Below are positions 48,405 through 57,273 of a stretch of DNA of 64,000 nucleotides, one piece after another (position 1 is the stretch's first letter; each line of letters opens with the position of its first letter). The notes beneath the pieces were generated by a model. That model had not been told where the DNA came from and did not search any database. It worked only from the letters and a program-made list of their open reading frames with translations. The stretch comes from an uncultured archaeon (lineage in GTDB: Archaea; Micrarchaeota; Micrarchaeia; Micrarchaeales; CABMGC01): NCBI GenBank assembly GCA_963729635.1, contig CAVSOP010000006.1, positions 27,283 to 91,282 of the forward strand, read 5' to 3'. Made by a program: the position numbers and the translations under genes.

Positions 48405-51400
48405 AACCCATCCCAGAGGTACGCTCGCCGAGGCGCTGGGAGGCATCTGGCTCTGGTAGAGCTGCTGGACCTGGCTTGGACTCAAGGCGGTGCTGTAGAC
48501 CTGCGCGTCCGCCAGCAGGCCGTTGAAGTTGTAGAAACTGTATAGGCCCCAATCTCCCATCGAAGTAGGCCCGTATGCCCCTAGATTGCCGCTCTGGACG
48601 GCGTTGGCCACCAGCACGCCGTTCACGTACAGCCGGGCCATGGAGCCGTCGTAAGTTCCTACGTACTGCTTCCAGATGCCGTTGGCGGGGCAGGTTCCTC
48701 CGGTTGCAAAGCCCCAGCCGCTGGTGTATGTCGCAAACGTTGGCGCGCCGGAATTGCACGCGTCCAGATAAGTCGCGTACTGCGACATCATGACGCTCCT
48801 GGCCGAGTTTCCTGGGCCGAGCTGGTCCGCCCAGACTGCCATCGTGACCTGGTTGCCCTGGGCGAGCGCGGTCGGGGAGATGCTCACGTAGCTGCTCTGG
48901 CCATTAAATCCGGCACCGTACGAGTTGAGCGAAGAAATGAGGTATGGGCCTATCGCCCGCTGGGATATGTAATTCGCGGCTATCGCCGTCCCGTTGTTGC
49001 CGTTGCCACTGTAGTCTTGGGCGTTGCCGTCGAGCGGCCACCAGCCCGCGAGGCCCGAATTGCCTAAGGGCAGACCGGAGATGCCTTCCTGGTAAAGGGA
49101 TTGTACCTGGTTCGCCGAAAGGGCAGTGCCATAAGCCTGGACATCTGCGAGGGAACCTGACCAGAAATTGGAAACCGGGGCCGCGGCATCACCGCCTATT
49201 ACTGAAGGATTCTGCACATTGAGAGCTATGTTCTGCGCCGTCACCGTCTGGGAATACGCTAGATTATTCAGATAAAGGGTAAGGGTGTTGCCTGAATAGG
49301 CGTATCCCGCGAAATACCAGGTGTTGGGCAAGACCGAAAGGGGACTTGCATACGCTGACGCTCCATTCCAAAAACCGAGGGTTCCGGAACTGACGAAAAG
49401 ATTTGCCATCCTGCCAACTGCACCGTCACTTCCGTAGCTATACGCGTCAAGATTTGAGCTCGGGGATTTGTCATAGATCCATGCGAAAGCGGAACTTGGG
49501 GCGTTGCCAAGGGGCAGCCCGTTGGTTCCCGTAACCACATAACCGTTCTGGCCGTTGAAGTTTCCGGTAAGCATGCTCGTGGCATTGGCGTTCACGTTTG
49601 GAATCGATGACGTGCCGGCGAAGTTTAGGTTCCCGTAGATGACTCCGCTGTTGCCATTGCCGGAGTAGTCGTTGGCGTCGCCGTCGAGGGGCCACCAGCC
49701 GGAGAGCCCTGAGCTCGTGAGGGGCGGGCCGGAGATGCCTTCTCGATACAGAGTCTGAATCTGGTTCGCCGAAAGGGCGGAACTGTAGACCTGCGCGTCC
49801 GATATTTCACCGTTCAGGAACCAGTCGCCTGCGTAATAATGACTCATGAATAGGGACGTGACCGAGCCGTCGCAGAATCCGAGTGCTCCGGACGCCGAAC
49901 CGGTTGCCACGGCCACTCCGTTAATGTAAAGGGCATAGGTGGTACCGCTCCAGGTTTCTACGGCGTGCAGCCAAGTGTTTCCAGAAAAGGATGCCGATAT
50001 CGGCCCGACCCACCCTCCATTGACGCATACATATGCGGATATTGCGGAATTTCCATTGTCTTGCAGGGCGAACTGCCCATTTCTGATGAATACCTGATCA
50101 AATGATGGTGAGAAATCATTAAACCAGATGGACGCGGTTAAGCCCGAAGTGAGCGGAGGCGAGAGGGAGTTGCCCGTCGCTACATAACTGCTCGCCCCGT
50201 CGAATTTCGCGACGTAGTTCGGCTGACTCCAGCTCGCGTAGCTCATCGCTCCGCTGTTGCCGTTGCCGCTAAGGTCCGCGGCGGCGCCGCCCTGACCGAG
50301 GTTGAGCGGCCACCATCCGACGAGATTGCCCTGTAGCGCTAGCGTGGCGTTGCCGTTAAAGGCCACTGCCTTCACAAGCGCCTGGCCGTTGTTCCCCTGC
50401 TGGCTTAGGAACGCCGTCGCAATGCCGTTGGAGTTAGTGTAGCTCGCGGTGGCCTGGCCTTTCGTGAAATTCCCGGAGGTGGTCGCGAAGCCTACGAGCG
50501 CGTTCGGCAAGGTCTGGCCGAACTGGTTGGTCGCTTTCGCGAAGAGTTGCGCGACAGTGGTATATGTCAGCGGGCCTACGACGTTTCCGTTGTCGTTATT
50601 GCCGGAGTAGTCCTGGGCGTTGCCGTTGAGGGGCCACCAGCCGACGAGACCCGCGCCGCTCAACGGGGTGCCGGAGATGCCCCCCTGGTAGAGCTGCTGG
50701 ACCTGACCCTGTGAAAGGGCGGTGCCGTACACTTGGACGTTTGCGAGGGAACCATTTAGATATCCTGCGTAATTGCCCAAGGCGAGAGGGCTTACCGTGA
50801 CCATAGTGCCGCCACTAGTAGTGACGCTTCCTTGAACAGGGACACCATTCAAGTATCCGACCATTGTTGCTCCATTATAAATCAATACCGCCTGATACCA
50901 GGTGTTAGCGAGAGGTAAGGTCGCAGTAAAGGCTCCGCCCGACATTGTAGAAGTGTACAGCTCGTACCTTAGCTGACCGGTGCCAGGAAGCCAAAGGTCT
51001 ATGTAAGGCGCTCCATACTGAGCCATAATCCCTTGCGCACTGGTCAGGGAATTCGTTTTGAACCAGACGACATAAGTCACTTGGCCGTTGGAGTATTGCA
51101 GAGAGGATGAGTCAGGTATGTTCACATAGCTGCTCTGGCCGTTGAAGTTGCCGGCGTGCGTCACCTGCGCCGAGAGGCTCACGTTGGTTGCCTGGCCTCC
51201 GGCCGTGGGGCACTGGTAGTCGATGCAGATCGTGCCGAAGGAGTTCTGCACCTCCAGGGAGCCGTTCGCGGTGGGCATGGCGTAGTACGCCGAGTTGGCC
51301 GTCAAGTACGACGGGTTGGAGACCACGCCCTTGACGGAGCTGTACGCCACCGCCTGCACGACCTGCCCGCCTATGAGGGAGTTGACTATCACAGCCCCGT

Positions 51401-51665
51401 TCCGGGTTATGCTCAGGTTGTAGTTCACCGAGCCTATCGCCGTGGCGAGGGGCACGCTCGCCGCGTATCCGGGCCCGGCCTGCAGGGCCGCGTCGAGCTG
51501 CGCGGCTATGCCCTGCGCGATCGCCTGGCCCACGGAGTAGAGCTGCCTGTTCTGCTGCTGCACCCTCTGCGTCGAGACCTCGGCGAAGAGGACCGCGAAG
51601 ATGACTAGCACGATGGAGAAGACAAGCATGTACTCGAGGGCGATCTGCGACTTCTTTAGGGGCAT
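48399..51665 (-). CDS. Giant pilin-like (class III signal peptide) adhesin-like protein with about five LamG-type domains and an Ig-like segment
   Basis: Intact 1088-aa ORF. N-terminus MPLKKSQIALEYMLVFSIVLVIFAVLF. There are four repeats of G(L/W)xGWWPL(N/D)GNAxDYSGNGN(N/S)G, each preceding a FNG/FDG-x-SSYV...LYxNG LamG pattern. Confidence 0.8.
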   Translation of the reverse strand: MPLKKSQIALEYMLVFSIVLVIFAVLFAEVSTQRVQQQNRQLYSVGQAIAQGIAAQLDAALQAGPGYAASVPLATAIGSVNYNLSITRNGAVIVNSLIGGQVVQAVAYSSVKGVVSNPSYLTANSAYYAMPTANGSLEVQNSFGTICIDYQCPTAGGQATNVSLSAQVTHAGNFNGQSSYVNIPDSSSLQYSNGQVTYVVWFKTNSLTSAQGIMAQYGAPYIDLWLPGTGQLRYELYTSTMSGGAFTATLPLANTWYQAVLIYNGATMVGYLNGVPVQGSVTTSGGTMVTVSPLALGNYAGYLNGSLANVQVYGTALSQGQVQQLYQGGISGTPLSGAGLVGWWPLNGNAQDYSGNNDNGNVVGPLTYTTVAQLFAKATNQFGQTLPNALVGFATTSGNFTKGQATASYTNSNGIATAFLSQQGNNGQALVKAVAFNGNATLALQGNLVGWWPLNLGQGGAAADLSGNGNSGAMSYASWSQPNYVAKFDGASSYVATGNSLSPPLTSGLTASIWFNDFSPSFDQVFIRNGQFALQDNGNSAISAYVCVNGGWVGPISASFSGNTWLHAVETWSGTTYALYINGVAVATGSASGALGFCDGSVTSLFMSHYYAGDWFLNGEISDAQVYSSALSANQIQTLYREGISGPPLTSSGLSGWWPLDGDANDYSGNGNSGVIYGNLNFAGTSSIPNVNANATSMLTGNFNGQNGYVVTGTNGLPLGNAPSSAFAWIYDKSPSSNLDAYSYGSDGAVGRMANLFVSSGTLGFWNGASAYASPLSVLPNTWYFAGYAYSGNTLTLYLNNLAYSQTVTAQNIALNVQNPSVIGGDAAAPVSNFWSGSLADVQAYGTALSANQVQSLYQEGISGLPLGNSGLAGWWPLDGNAQDYSGNGNNGTAIAANYISQRAIGPYLISSLNSYGAGFNGQSSYVSISPTALAQGNQVTMAVWADQLGPGNSARSVMMSQYATYLDACNSGAPTFATYTSGWGFATGGTCPANGIWKQYVGTYDGSMARLYVNGVLVANAVQSGNLGAYGPTSMGDWGLYSFYNFNGLLADAQVYSTALSPSQVQQLYQSQMPPSASASVPLGWVP

Positions 51666-51666
51666 C

Positions 51667-52149
51667 CTACACCTTTGGAGACATGTAAACGCACGGTACC
51701 ACGCTCCCTGGGAGGCTGCTCGGGCAGGCGGAAGTGGATGTCACGTTGACGAAGTAGGTACCGGCCGAGCTTATGCCGCCGAGGGAGCCGCTCACCGAGG
51801 CGGGGGTGTAAGCCGTCACATAGCTGAGCCCCGACGGCGAGCTGACTCCGAATATTATCTCGTGCCCCACAGCGTTGTTTAGATTGCCGACGTAGATGTA
51901 CCTGACGTTCGGGGGTATCGATATCTGCACGACCTGCTTGGCCAGGGCGCCCTCGCTGCCCACGAGCGTGGCGGCGCTGGCGAGCTTGCTCGCCGCCTGC
52001 TGCGCCTCTATTGACGATAGCGAGGCGTTGGCGTTCGAGAGCTGCAGGAAGGCGATCACCACGAGGGGCATCAGGACGGCTAGCCCGAAGGATAGCGTTA
52101 TGAGAAGCTCGAAACTCGATTGGAGGCGCCCGCCCCTATTCCTCGCCAT
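51667..52149 (-). CDS. Pilin-like protein (class III signal peptide), first gene of the pilin operon
   Basis: MARNRGGRLQSSFELLITLSFGLAVLMPLVVIAFL resembles the archaeal type IV pilin N-terminus (basic-G, Q, S, x, E then hydrophobic helix). Its stop is 1 nt before the giant gene start. Confidence 0.65.
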   Translation of the reverse strand: MARNRGGRLQSSFELLITLSFGLAVLMPLVVIAFLQLSNANASLSSIEAQQAASKLASAATLVGSEGALAKQVVQISIPPNVRYIYVGNLNNAVGHEIIFGVSSPSGLSYVTAYTPASVSGSLGGISSAGTYFVNVTSTSACPSSLPGSVVPCVYMSPKV

Positions 52150-52945
52150 AGTATCGCTCGGCCCCCTTCCTGCCGCTGACAATTATTTCCTTCCTCTCGG
52201 TGACCTGCTTGAGCAGGTTGTCCAGGAGGGACGTGAGCGTGCTGTCCAGGCCGTAGCCGGTGGCGGTGGCGAAGATGACTCCCTTCTTCTCGAAGCCGAG
52301 CCTCGCCTTGAGCTCGTAGCCCTTGTTCTTGACCTTGTTTACGTGGATCGCGGCGTAGCTGACCTCGGTCCTGCCGAACTTGTCGATCCGCTCTATGAGC
52401 CTGTTGACCTCGTTCTCCATGTCCTGCTCGTAGTCTATCGTGCTCTCGTCTATGCCCGTTATCACGACCGCGCGCTTCACCTTCTCCATCTGGGCGGCGG
52501 CGAGCTCGAAGACGTCCCTTATCGAGAGCAGGCCCACGGGCTTCCCGCCCCTGGTGACCACCAGAGACGAGATGTTCTTGCCGAGTAGCTGCCTTATCGC
52601 GTCCTCCAGCGGGTCGTTGAAGTCCGCGGAGTACGGGTTCGCGTTGGCGACGTCCCTGACAAGGACGTTGTTCAGGGAGCGCGGCTCGGGCGTCATCTCC
52701 GGATGCCTCTCGTCGAGCCTTGCGAACTTTGAGTAGACGTCCCCCTGCGTCAGTATCCCGGCGAGCTTCCCGCCGTCGAGCACGACGAGCCTCCTTATCC
52801 TATTCTGGCCCATGACGCTGACGGCCTGGGAGAGGTTGGCGCTGGCGTCGATCGCCATAACCGGGGTCGACATCGCGTCGCTGACCTTGGCCTTGGATAG
52901 GAGGTGCAGAGACACTATCGACCTGAGGACTATGTCCCTCTTCAC
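52136..52945 (-). CDS. CBS-pair protein with C-terminal HPF/RaiA-like domain
   Basis: Two CBS motifs (VSDAMSTPVMAID...IRRLVVLDGGKLAGILTQGDV; VRDVANANPYSA...SSLVVTRGGKPVGLLSIRDV). The tail VVITGIDESTIDYEQDMENEVNRL...YELKARLGFEKKGVIFATATGYGLDSTLTSLLDNLLKQV resembles ribosome hibernation factor folds (low certainty). Confidence 0.6.
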   Translation of the reverse strand: MKRDIVLRSIVSLHLLSKAKVSDAMSTPVMAIDASANLSQAVSVMGQNRIRRLVVLDGGKLAGILTQGDVYSKFARLDERHPEMTPEPRSLNNVLVRDVANANPYSADFNDPLEDAIRQLLGKNISSLVVTRGGKPVGLLSIRDVFELAAAQMEKVKRAVVITGIDESTIDYEQDMENEVNRLIERIDKFGRTEVSYAAIHVNKVKNKGYELKARLGFEKKGVIFATATGYGLDSTLTSLLDNLLKQVTERKEIIVSGRKGAERYYGEE

Positions 52946-52951
52946 GACGCC

Positions 52952-53312
52952 CTAGACCTTGTCGCCCTCGCCGAACGGCAGGGCCTTCGTCGAGAACTCG
53001 TGGAAGTATCCTATCGACGTTTCCTATCGAAGTGTCCTTGGTCAGCAGGGGCAACTTCCTCGCGAACTTGCCTATGGAGAGCGCCTTCGAGAACTTGGTC
53101 GGCCTCTCCGAGCCCGTCCTCGACATCGTCCTGTTGTCGGCTATCCCGAAGTAAGCCTTGTCCTTCGTCACTATCACGGCTCCGAGACGGTTCATCTCGC
53201 CGATGACCTGCGTCAGTGGCGTCTTGTAGTCGAAGAATGCGGTCTGTGAAACAAATTCCTGGGGAAGCTGCTCGTATAGTGTCGACATATAATAACCTAC
53301 AAAATCCTTCAC
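52952..53312 (-). CDS. Small CBS-domain protein, one apparent frameshift
   Basis: TPLTQVIGEMNRLGAVIVTKDKAYFGIADNRTM is CBS-like. It ends at a TAG at 52952-52954 after frame correction. Confidence 0.45.
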
Positions 53313-53361
53313 TTTAAAATTCTTCGTTTATAAAGAATATATACGTATCTATTGCTACCGC

Positions 53362-53432
53362 GCCAGGGTGGCAGATCGGCTATGCGTCCGCCTGCAGAGC
53401 GGAAAAGTGGGGTTCAACTCCCTACCCTGGCT
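53362..53432 (+). tRNA. tRNA-Cys (anticodon GCA)
   Basis: GCCAGGGTGGCAGATCGGCTATGCGTCCGCCTGCAGAGCGGAAAAGTGGGGTTCAACTCCCTACCCTGGCT. 7-bp acceptor stem, anticodon loop CUGCAGA, discriminator U. TATA-like TTTATAAA lies about 30 nt upstream. Confidence 0.9.
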
Positions 53433-53451
53433 TCTCCTTCTGGAGGAAGGG

Positions 53452-53892
53452 TCACACGTCCATGACGACCTTTATGACGTACCTCTTGCCTGACTTCCTT
53501 ACTTCCATCCCGTAGGGCGTCACGGCCTTGACCTCCGCCAGGAAGCAGTCGTCGACATCGGACTTGTAGCGGAGCAGCCCGCTCGCCACGAACCCGCCCT
53601 TCCCCTCGTTCAGCAACGACACCCTGAATTCGAATGCCCCTCTCTCACGCTCGTCGACCTTGGTCAGGATGTCCTGCAGGACGTACCAGATCAGGTTCTC
53701 CACGGTGTCCGCCTTCTCCATTATCTTCAGGCTCCGCGGGGCTTTCGCCGCCTTTCGGATTTTCTTGGTATCGAGCATCACGTTGAGCATCGCGGAGGCG
53801 GCGTTCTCGAGCAGCTCGGCGTAGTCCCTGCCGTACGCGGCGAACATTATGTCGGCGGTGTGAGGCAGGTACTCGAACTTCTTCAATCGCAT
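53452..53892 (-). CDS. Archease (RtcB tRNA-ligase cofactor family)
   Basis: Intact 146-aa ORF. N-terminal FEYLPHTADIMFAAYG signature and C-terminal KAVTPYGMEV pattern. Confidence 0.85.
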   Translation of the reverse strand: MRLKKFEYLPHTADIMFAAYGRDYAELLENAASAMLNVMLDTKKIRKAAKAPRSLKIMEKADTVENLIWYVLQDILTKVDERERGAFEFRVSLLNEGKGGFVASGLLRYKSDVDDCFLAEVKAVTPYGMEVRKSGKRYVIKVVMDV

Positions 53893-53941
53893 GATTAGGA
53901 TTGCAAGAGCAGTTATTTAATCTTCCCGAACCAATACTATT

Positions 53942-53999
53942 GTCCTGTGACGAACAGAGTAACTACTGACTTGTGATGAAGTCTATATCGGCTGAGGAC
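53942..53999 (+). ncRNA. C/D box sRNA (2'-O-methylation guide)
   Basis: GUCC-U-[C: GUGACGA 53947-53953]-12 nt-[D': CUGA 53966-53969]-CUU-[C': GUGAUGA 53973-53979]-12 nt-[D: CUGA 53992-53995]-GGAC. This is the canonical archaeal layout with two 12-nt guides and a 4-bp terminal stem GUCC/GGAC. Confidence 0.75.
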
Positions 54000-54010
54000 A
54001 TCGTGATACT

Positions 54011-55548
54011 ATGAGGTATGACGGGAAGCTTGGGATACTGGTCTTCCTTATCGCCACAGTGGTGCTGCTGTCCACTTCCCTCTTCATAACTCCTCTCGCT
54101 GTCAGCGACGCCGACCCGTCGACATACGTCATCGTCCCTATGCTTATGCTTCCGCTCTTCGTGCTCTTCTCGCTGAAGGCAGGCGCGGATCCCGACGTCG
54201 GAAGGCGCGACGTGGCCATAGGTTCCGCGATGTTCGCCGCGTTCATCCTGCTCACTCTCTTTCTGAGGTTCTACTTCTCGTTCCTGTTCCTGAGCTTCAG
54301 GATGGACCTCCTGGTCCTGCCCCTCGCGCTCGCCGCGCTCGCGGTGCTCCTCTTCGGGACCAGGAACCTCGGCAAGTTCAGGGGAGTCATACTCTATGCG
54401 CTCTTCGCGTCCCCGCCCGTGCTCTTCCTCCTGCTCGAATCGTACAACGCGTTCACTTCCATAAACTCTGTCATAGTCTACGGCCTCCTCAGGCCTTTTG
54501 TCGCGGGCGTGAAGTACGTGGCGCCAATCACCATAAGCGCCAACGGATACAACATAGGCATAGGGCAGGCGTGCGTCAGCATAGGCATCTTCATCGCGCT
54601 GGCGCTCTTCCTCGTGCCCGTCGCGTACCTCTATGACGGGAAGGACTCTAAGAAAGCGGCGTGGGTGGCAAGCGGGGTCGCGCTCCTGTTCGCGTTCAAC
54701 ATATTCAGGATGCTATTCGTGTCCTATGAATGGCTGGCCTACGGTCCCAGCGAGCATAATCGCGCTGGTGCACGCCACCGCCGGGGTGTTCCTCTTCTAT
54801 GCCGCGATAATCGTCATGGTGCTCGCGGCGGGCGCTTACGGACTGTCCTTGGGAGCCAAGGCCGAAGCCGCGGAGAAAACGCAAGCAGAAGGGCGGCGCG
54901 GGCCCGTGGCCGACAGCGGTTGTGCTCGCGCTCGCGTTCGCTCTGGTCTACGCGTGCACAACGCTGGGCTACTGCCGGCGCGCTCGTGCGTCTCACCGCT
55001 GGCCTCTGGCGAACGGAGTCGCCTTCAACTTCAGCAACGCGGGGATCGCGCATTCGGTGTCGGGGATCGTGGGCGGCAGGGGCTTCAACTATTCGGTGGT
55101 GCCGGGCCAGGACGGAACCTACGTCTTCTTCGACCTGGCCAACAGGACGATAAACGCTTCGGAACCCGCCGTGCTCCTGGTGGCGAGGCCAGGCGCTGAA
55201 CATCACAGGTAGCATAGAGAGCAACAGCACGGTGGAGGGCAGGTTCGGGTTCCTGAACGCCAACGGCGCCAGCGAGGAGGTCGACGACGTAATCTCGAAC
55301 GGCACGGAGTTCTTCCTTTACCATACCGTCATGCCCCTGTCCCTGGGCGACATGTCGTACGTCGATCGCTGACGTCTACGTGATACTTCCGGGAAGCGCG
55401 GTGCGCGGCAGCGCCTGCGCCGCGGGCTACGACCCGATCTACGCCGTCGCGCTCAACGCCTTCAACGCCGAGAGCTACAACGGGACGGCACGCGATGGCG
55501 CGCTGAAGGCGCTCTGCATCTCCGACAGGCATAGTGTGGTCCCAATGA
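54011..55548 (+). CDS. Exosortase/archaeosortase-family membrane protein with long C-terminal extracytoplasmic extension, several apparent frameshifts
   Basis: Multi-TM N-half carrying candidate catalytic triad contexts IGQACVSIGIF (Cys), AFNIFRMLF (Arg) and IIALVHATAGVF (His). A C-terminal sequon-rich segment is spread over 3-4 frames. The proposed stop TGA at 55546-55548 overlaps the next ATG. Confidence 0.5.
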
Positions 55549-56500
55549 AGTTCGAGTACTCGGCCGGCGTGTTCGTGTACGCGAGGGAGCGCGGCAGGAC
55601 GAGGATCCTGTTCCTGATAAGGCCCAACGACTACGACCTTCCCAAGGGCCACATAGAGAAGGGCGAGAGCGCCGAGATCGCCGCACACAGGGAGCTGAAG
55701 GAGGAGACGGGATGGACGTGCGGCTCGTGCCACACTTCGTGGAAAAGAACAGGTACTTCTTCATGAAAGGGAAGGAGAAGGTGCTGAAGCAGGTCACGTT
55801 CTTCCTGGGCAAGGCGAAGACCAAGAGGGTCAGGGTATCAGACGAGCACATAGGGTACGAGTGGCTAGACCTCGGGGGAGTTATGGAGAAGGTGAAATAC
55901 AAGGACATAAAGCAGCTCATGCCAAGACTGTTCGACTACATAGATAGGTACGAGGCGATGGAGAAGCTCAATTCCGAGTACGCCCTGCTTCCGAAAAGGA
56001 CAGCCGGCTGGAACCTCAGCGGAAGGCTCGTGCCCGGGGACGGCCCGCTGGACGCTGGAGCGATGCTGCTCGGCGAGGCGCCGGGCGCGAAGGAGGACGA
56101 GCAGGGGAGGCCGTTCGTGGGGCGCAGCGGGGCGCTGCTCGGCAGGGCCCTGAGGGAGGCCGGCCTCAGGCGGAAGGACTTCTACGTCACAAGCGTCGTG
56201 CAGTTCAGGCCCCCTGAGAACAGGCTGCCGAAGAGGGAGGAGATAGAGGCGTGCGGGGGCTTCCTCGCGGGGCAGATGTCGATAATAAAGCCGAAGATCG
56301 TCGTTCTCCTGGGAAGGACTGCTAGCAAGACAATACTCGACCTAGACAGGATGGTGGAGATCCACGGAAAGACAGTGGAGAAGGACGGCATAACCTATTT
56401 CGTCACGTACCACCCCGCGGCGGCGCTCAGGTCGACGACTAACCTGAAAAGGATGACAGACGACTTCAGGAAGTTGAAAAGGTTGCTTACCGCAAAATAA
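55545..56500 (+). CDS. Nudix hydrolase fused to family 4/5-type uracil-DNA glycosylase, one apparent frameshift near 55710
   Basis: Nudix box LPKGHIEKGESAEIAAHRELKEETG. ORF 55712..56500 carries the rest of the Nudix fold and, without interruption, the UDG motifs GEAPGAKEDEQGRPFVGRSG and VTYHPAAALR. Confidence 0.75.
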
Positions 56501-56529
56501 TTATAACCTGAACGCCAAAGTAATAGTAC

Positions 56530-56604
56530 GGGCTCGTAGCTCAGCTTGGTTAGAGCGTTCGACTGATAATCGAAAGGTCTGGAGTTCAAATCTCCGCGGG
56601 CCCA
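56530..56604 (+). tRNA. tRNA-Ile (anticodon GAU)
   Basis: GGGCTCGTAGCTCAGCTTGGTTAGAGCGTTCGACTGATAATCGAAAGGTCTGGAGTTCAAATCTCCGCGGGCCCA. Anticodon loop CUGAUAA. TATA-like ATAATTATAA lies about 27 nt upstream. Confidence 0.9.
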
Positions 56605-56630
56605 CTACACTGAACACGCGAGGGGAAGCG

Positions 56631-57209
56631 ATGGGCGAAGAACTCATAGACATCACTGATGAGAAGGGCAATGCGCTGGGAGCGAGCAGGACAAGGGGCG
56701 AGATACACGCGAAAGGCCTGTGGCACAGGGAGGTGCACATCTGGATCTACGACTCCAGGGGGGATGTGCTGCTCCAGAAGCGTTCTATGCAGAAGGACAC
56801 CTGGCCTGGCAAATGGGACGTCGCCACGGCGGGACACGTCTCGGCCGGGGAGACGCCGGAGCAAGCGGCGCTGAAGGAGATGCGCGAGGAGATAGGGATC
56901 GGGGCCAGATTCGGAGACATACGGCAGGTCATGGTGTGCAAAGCCAGCACCAGCCCTAAACCGGACTACTACAACAACAAATTCGAATACGTCTACCTAT
57001 TCAAACTCAATAAGCTGCCCAAGAACCTACAGAAAGAAGAAGTTGATTCTGTGAAGTTCGTTCCCCTCCCCAAATTTGAGGAGGAGCTGAATAATCATCG
57101 GACCATGAAAAACTTCGTGCCCCACGGCTATCTCCCTGATCTGCTCAAGGTGCTGAGAAAGGAGATCGCCAGGGAGGAGAAAGCCAACCTCAAGGTACGA
57201 GGGCGCTAG
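56631..57209 (+). CDS. Nudix hydrolase (isopentenyl-diphosphate isomerase type 1-like subfamily)
   Basis: Intact ORF. GLWHREVHIWIYDSRGDVLLQKRSMQKDTWPGKWDVATAGHVSAGETPEQAALKEMREEIG matches the IDI-like Nudix pattern. Confidence 0.7.
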   Translation: MGEELIDITDEKGNALGASRTRGEIHAKGLWHREVHIWIYDSRGDVLLQKRSMQKDTWPGKWDVATAGHVSAGETPEQAALKEMREEIGIGARFGDIRQVMVCKASTSPKPDYYNNKFEYVYLFKLNKLPKNLQKEEVDSVKFVPLPKFEEELNNHRTMKNFVPHGYLPDLLKVLRKEIAREEKANLKVRGR

Positions 57210-57273
57210 GGAGCGGATCTTGCCCCGATTCCCGCTGGAAGTATTATATATTTTTAGCGACCCTCTTCATCTT

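Noticed and set aside
52952-52954. In-frame TAG between two CBS-domain ORFs as possible pyrrolysine or readthrough.
   Set aside because: TAG is used as an ordinary stop by several intact genes here (for example those ending at 3264, 4138, 4971, 14805 and 17434). The downstream part has its own start, so two separate genes is the simplest reading.
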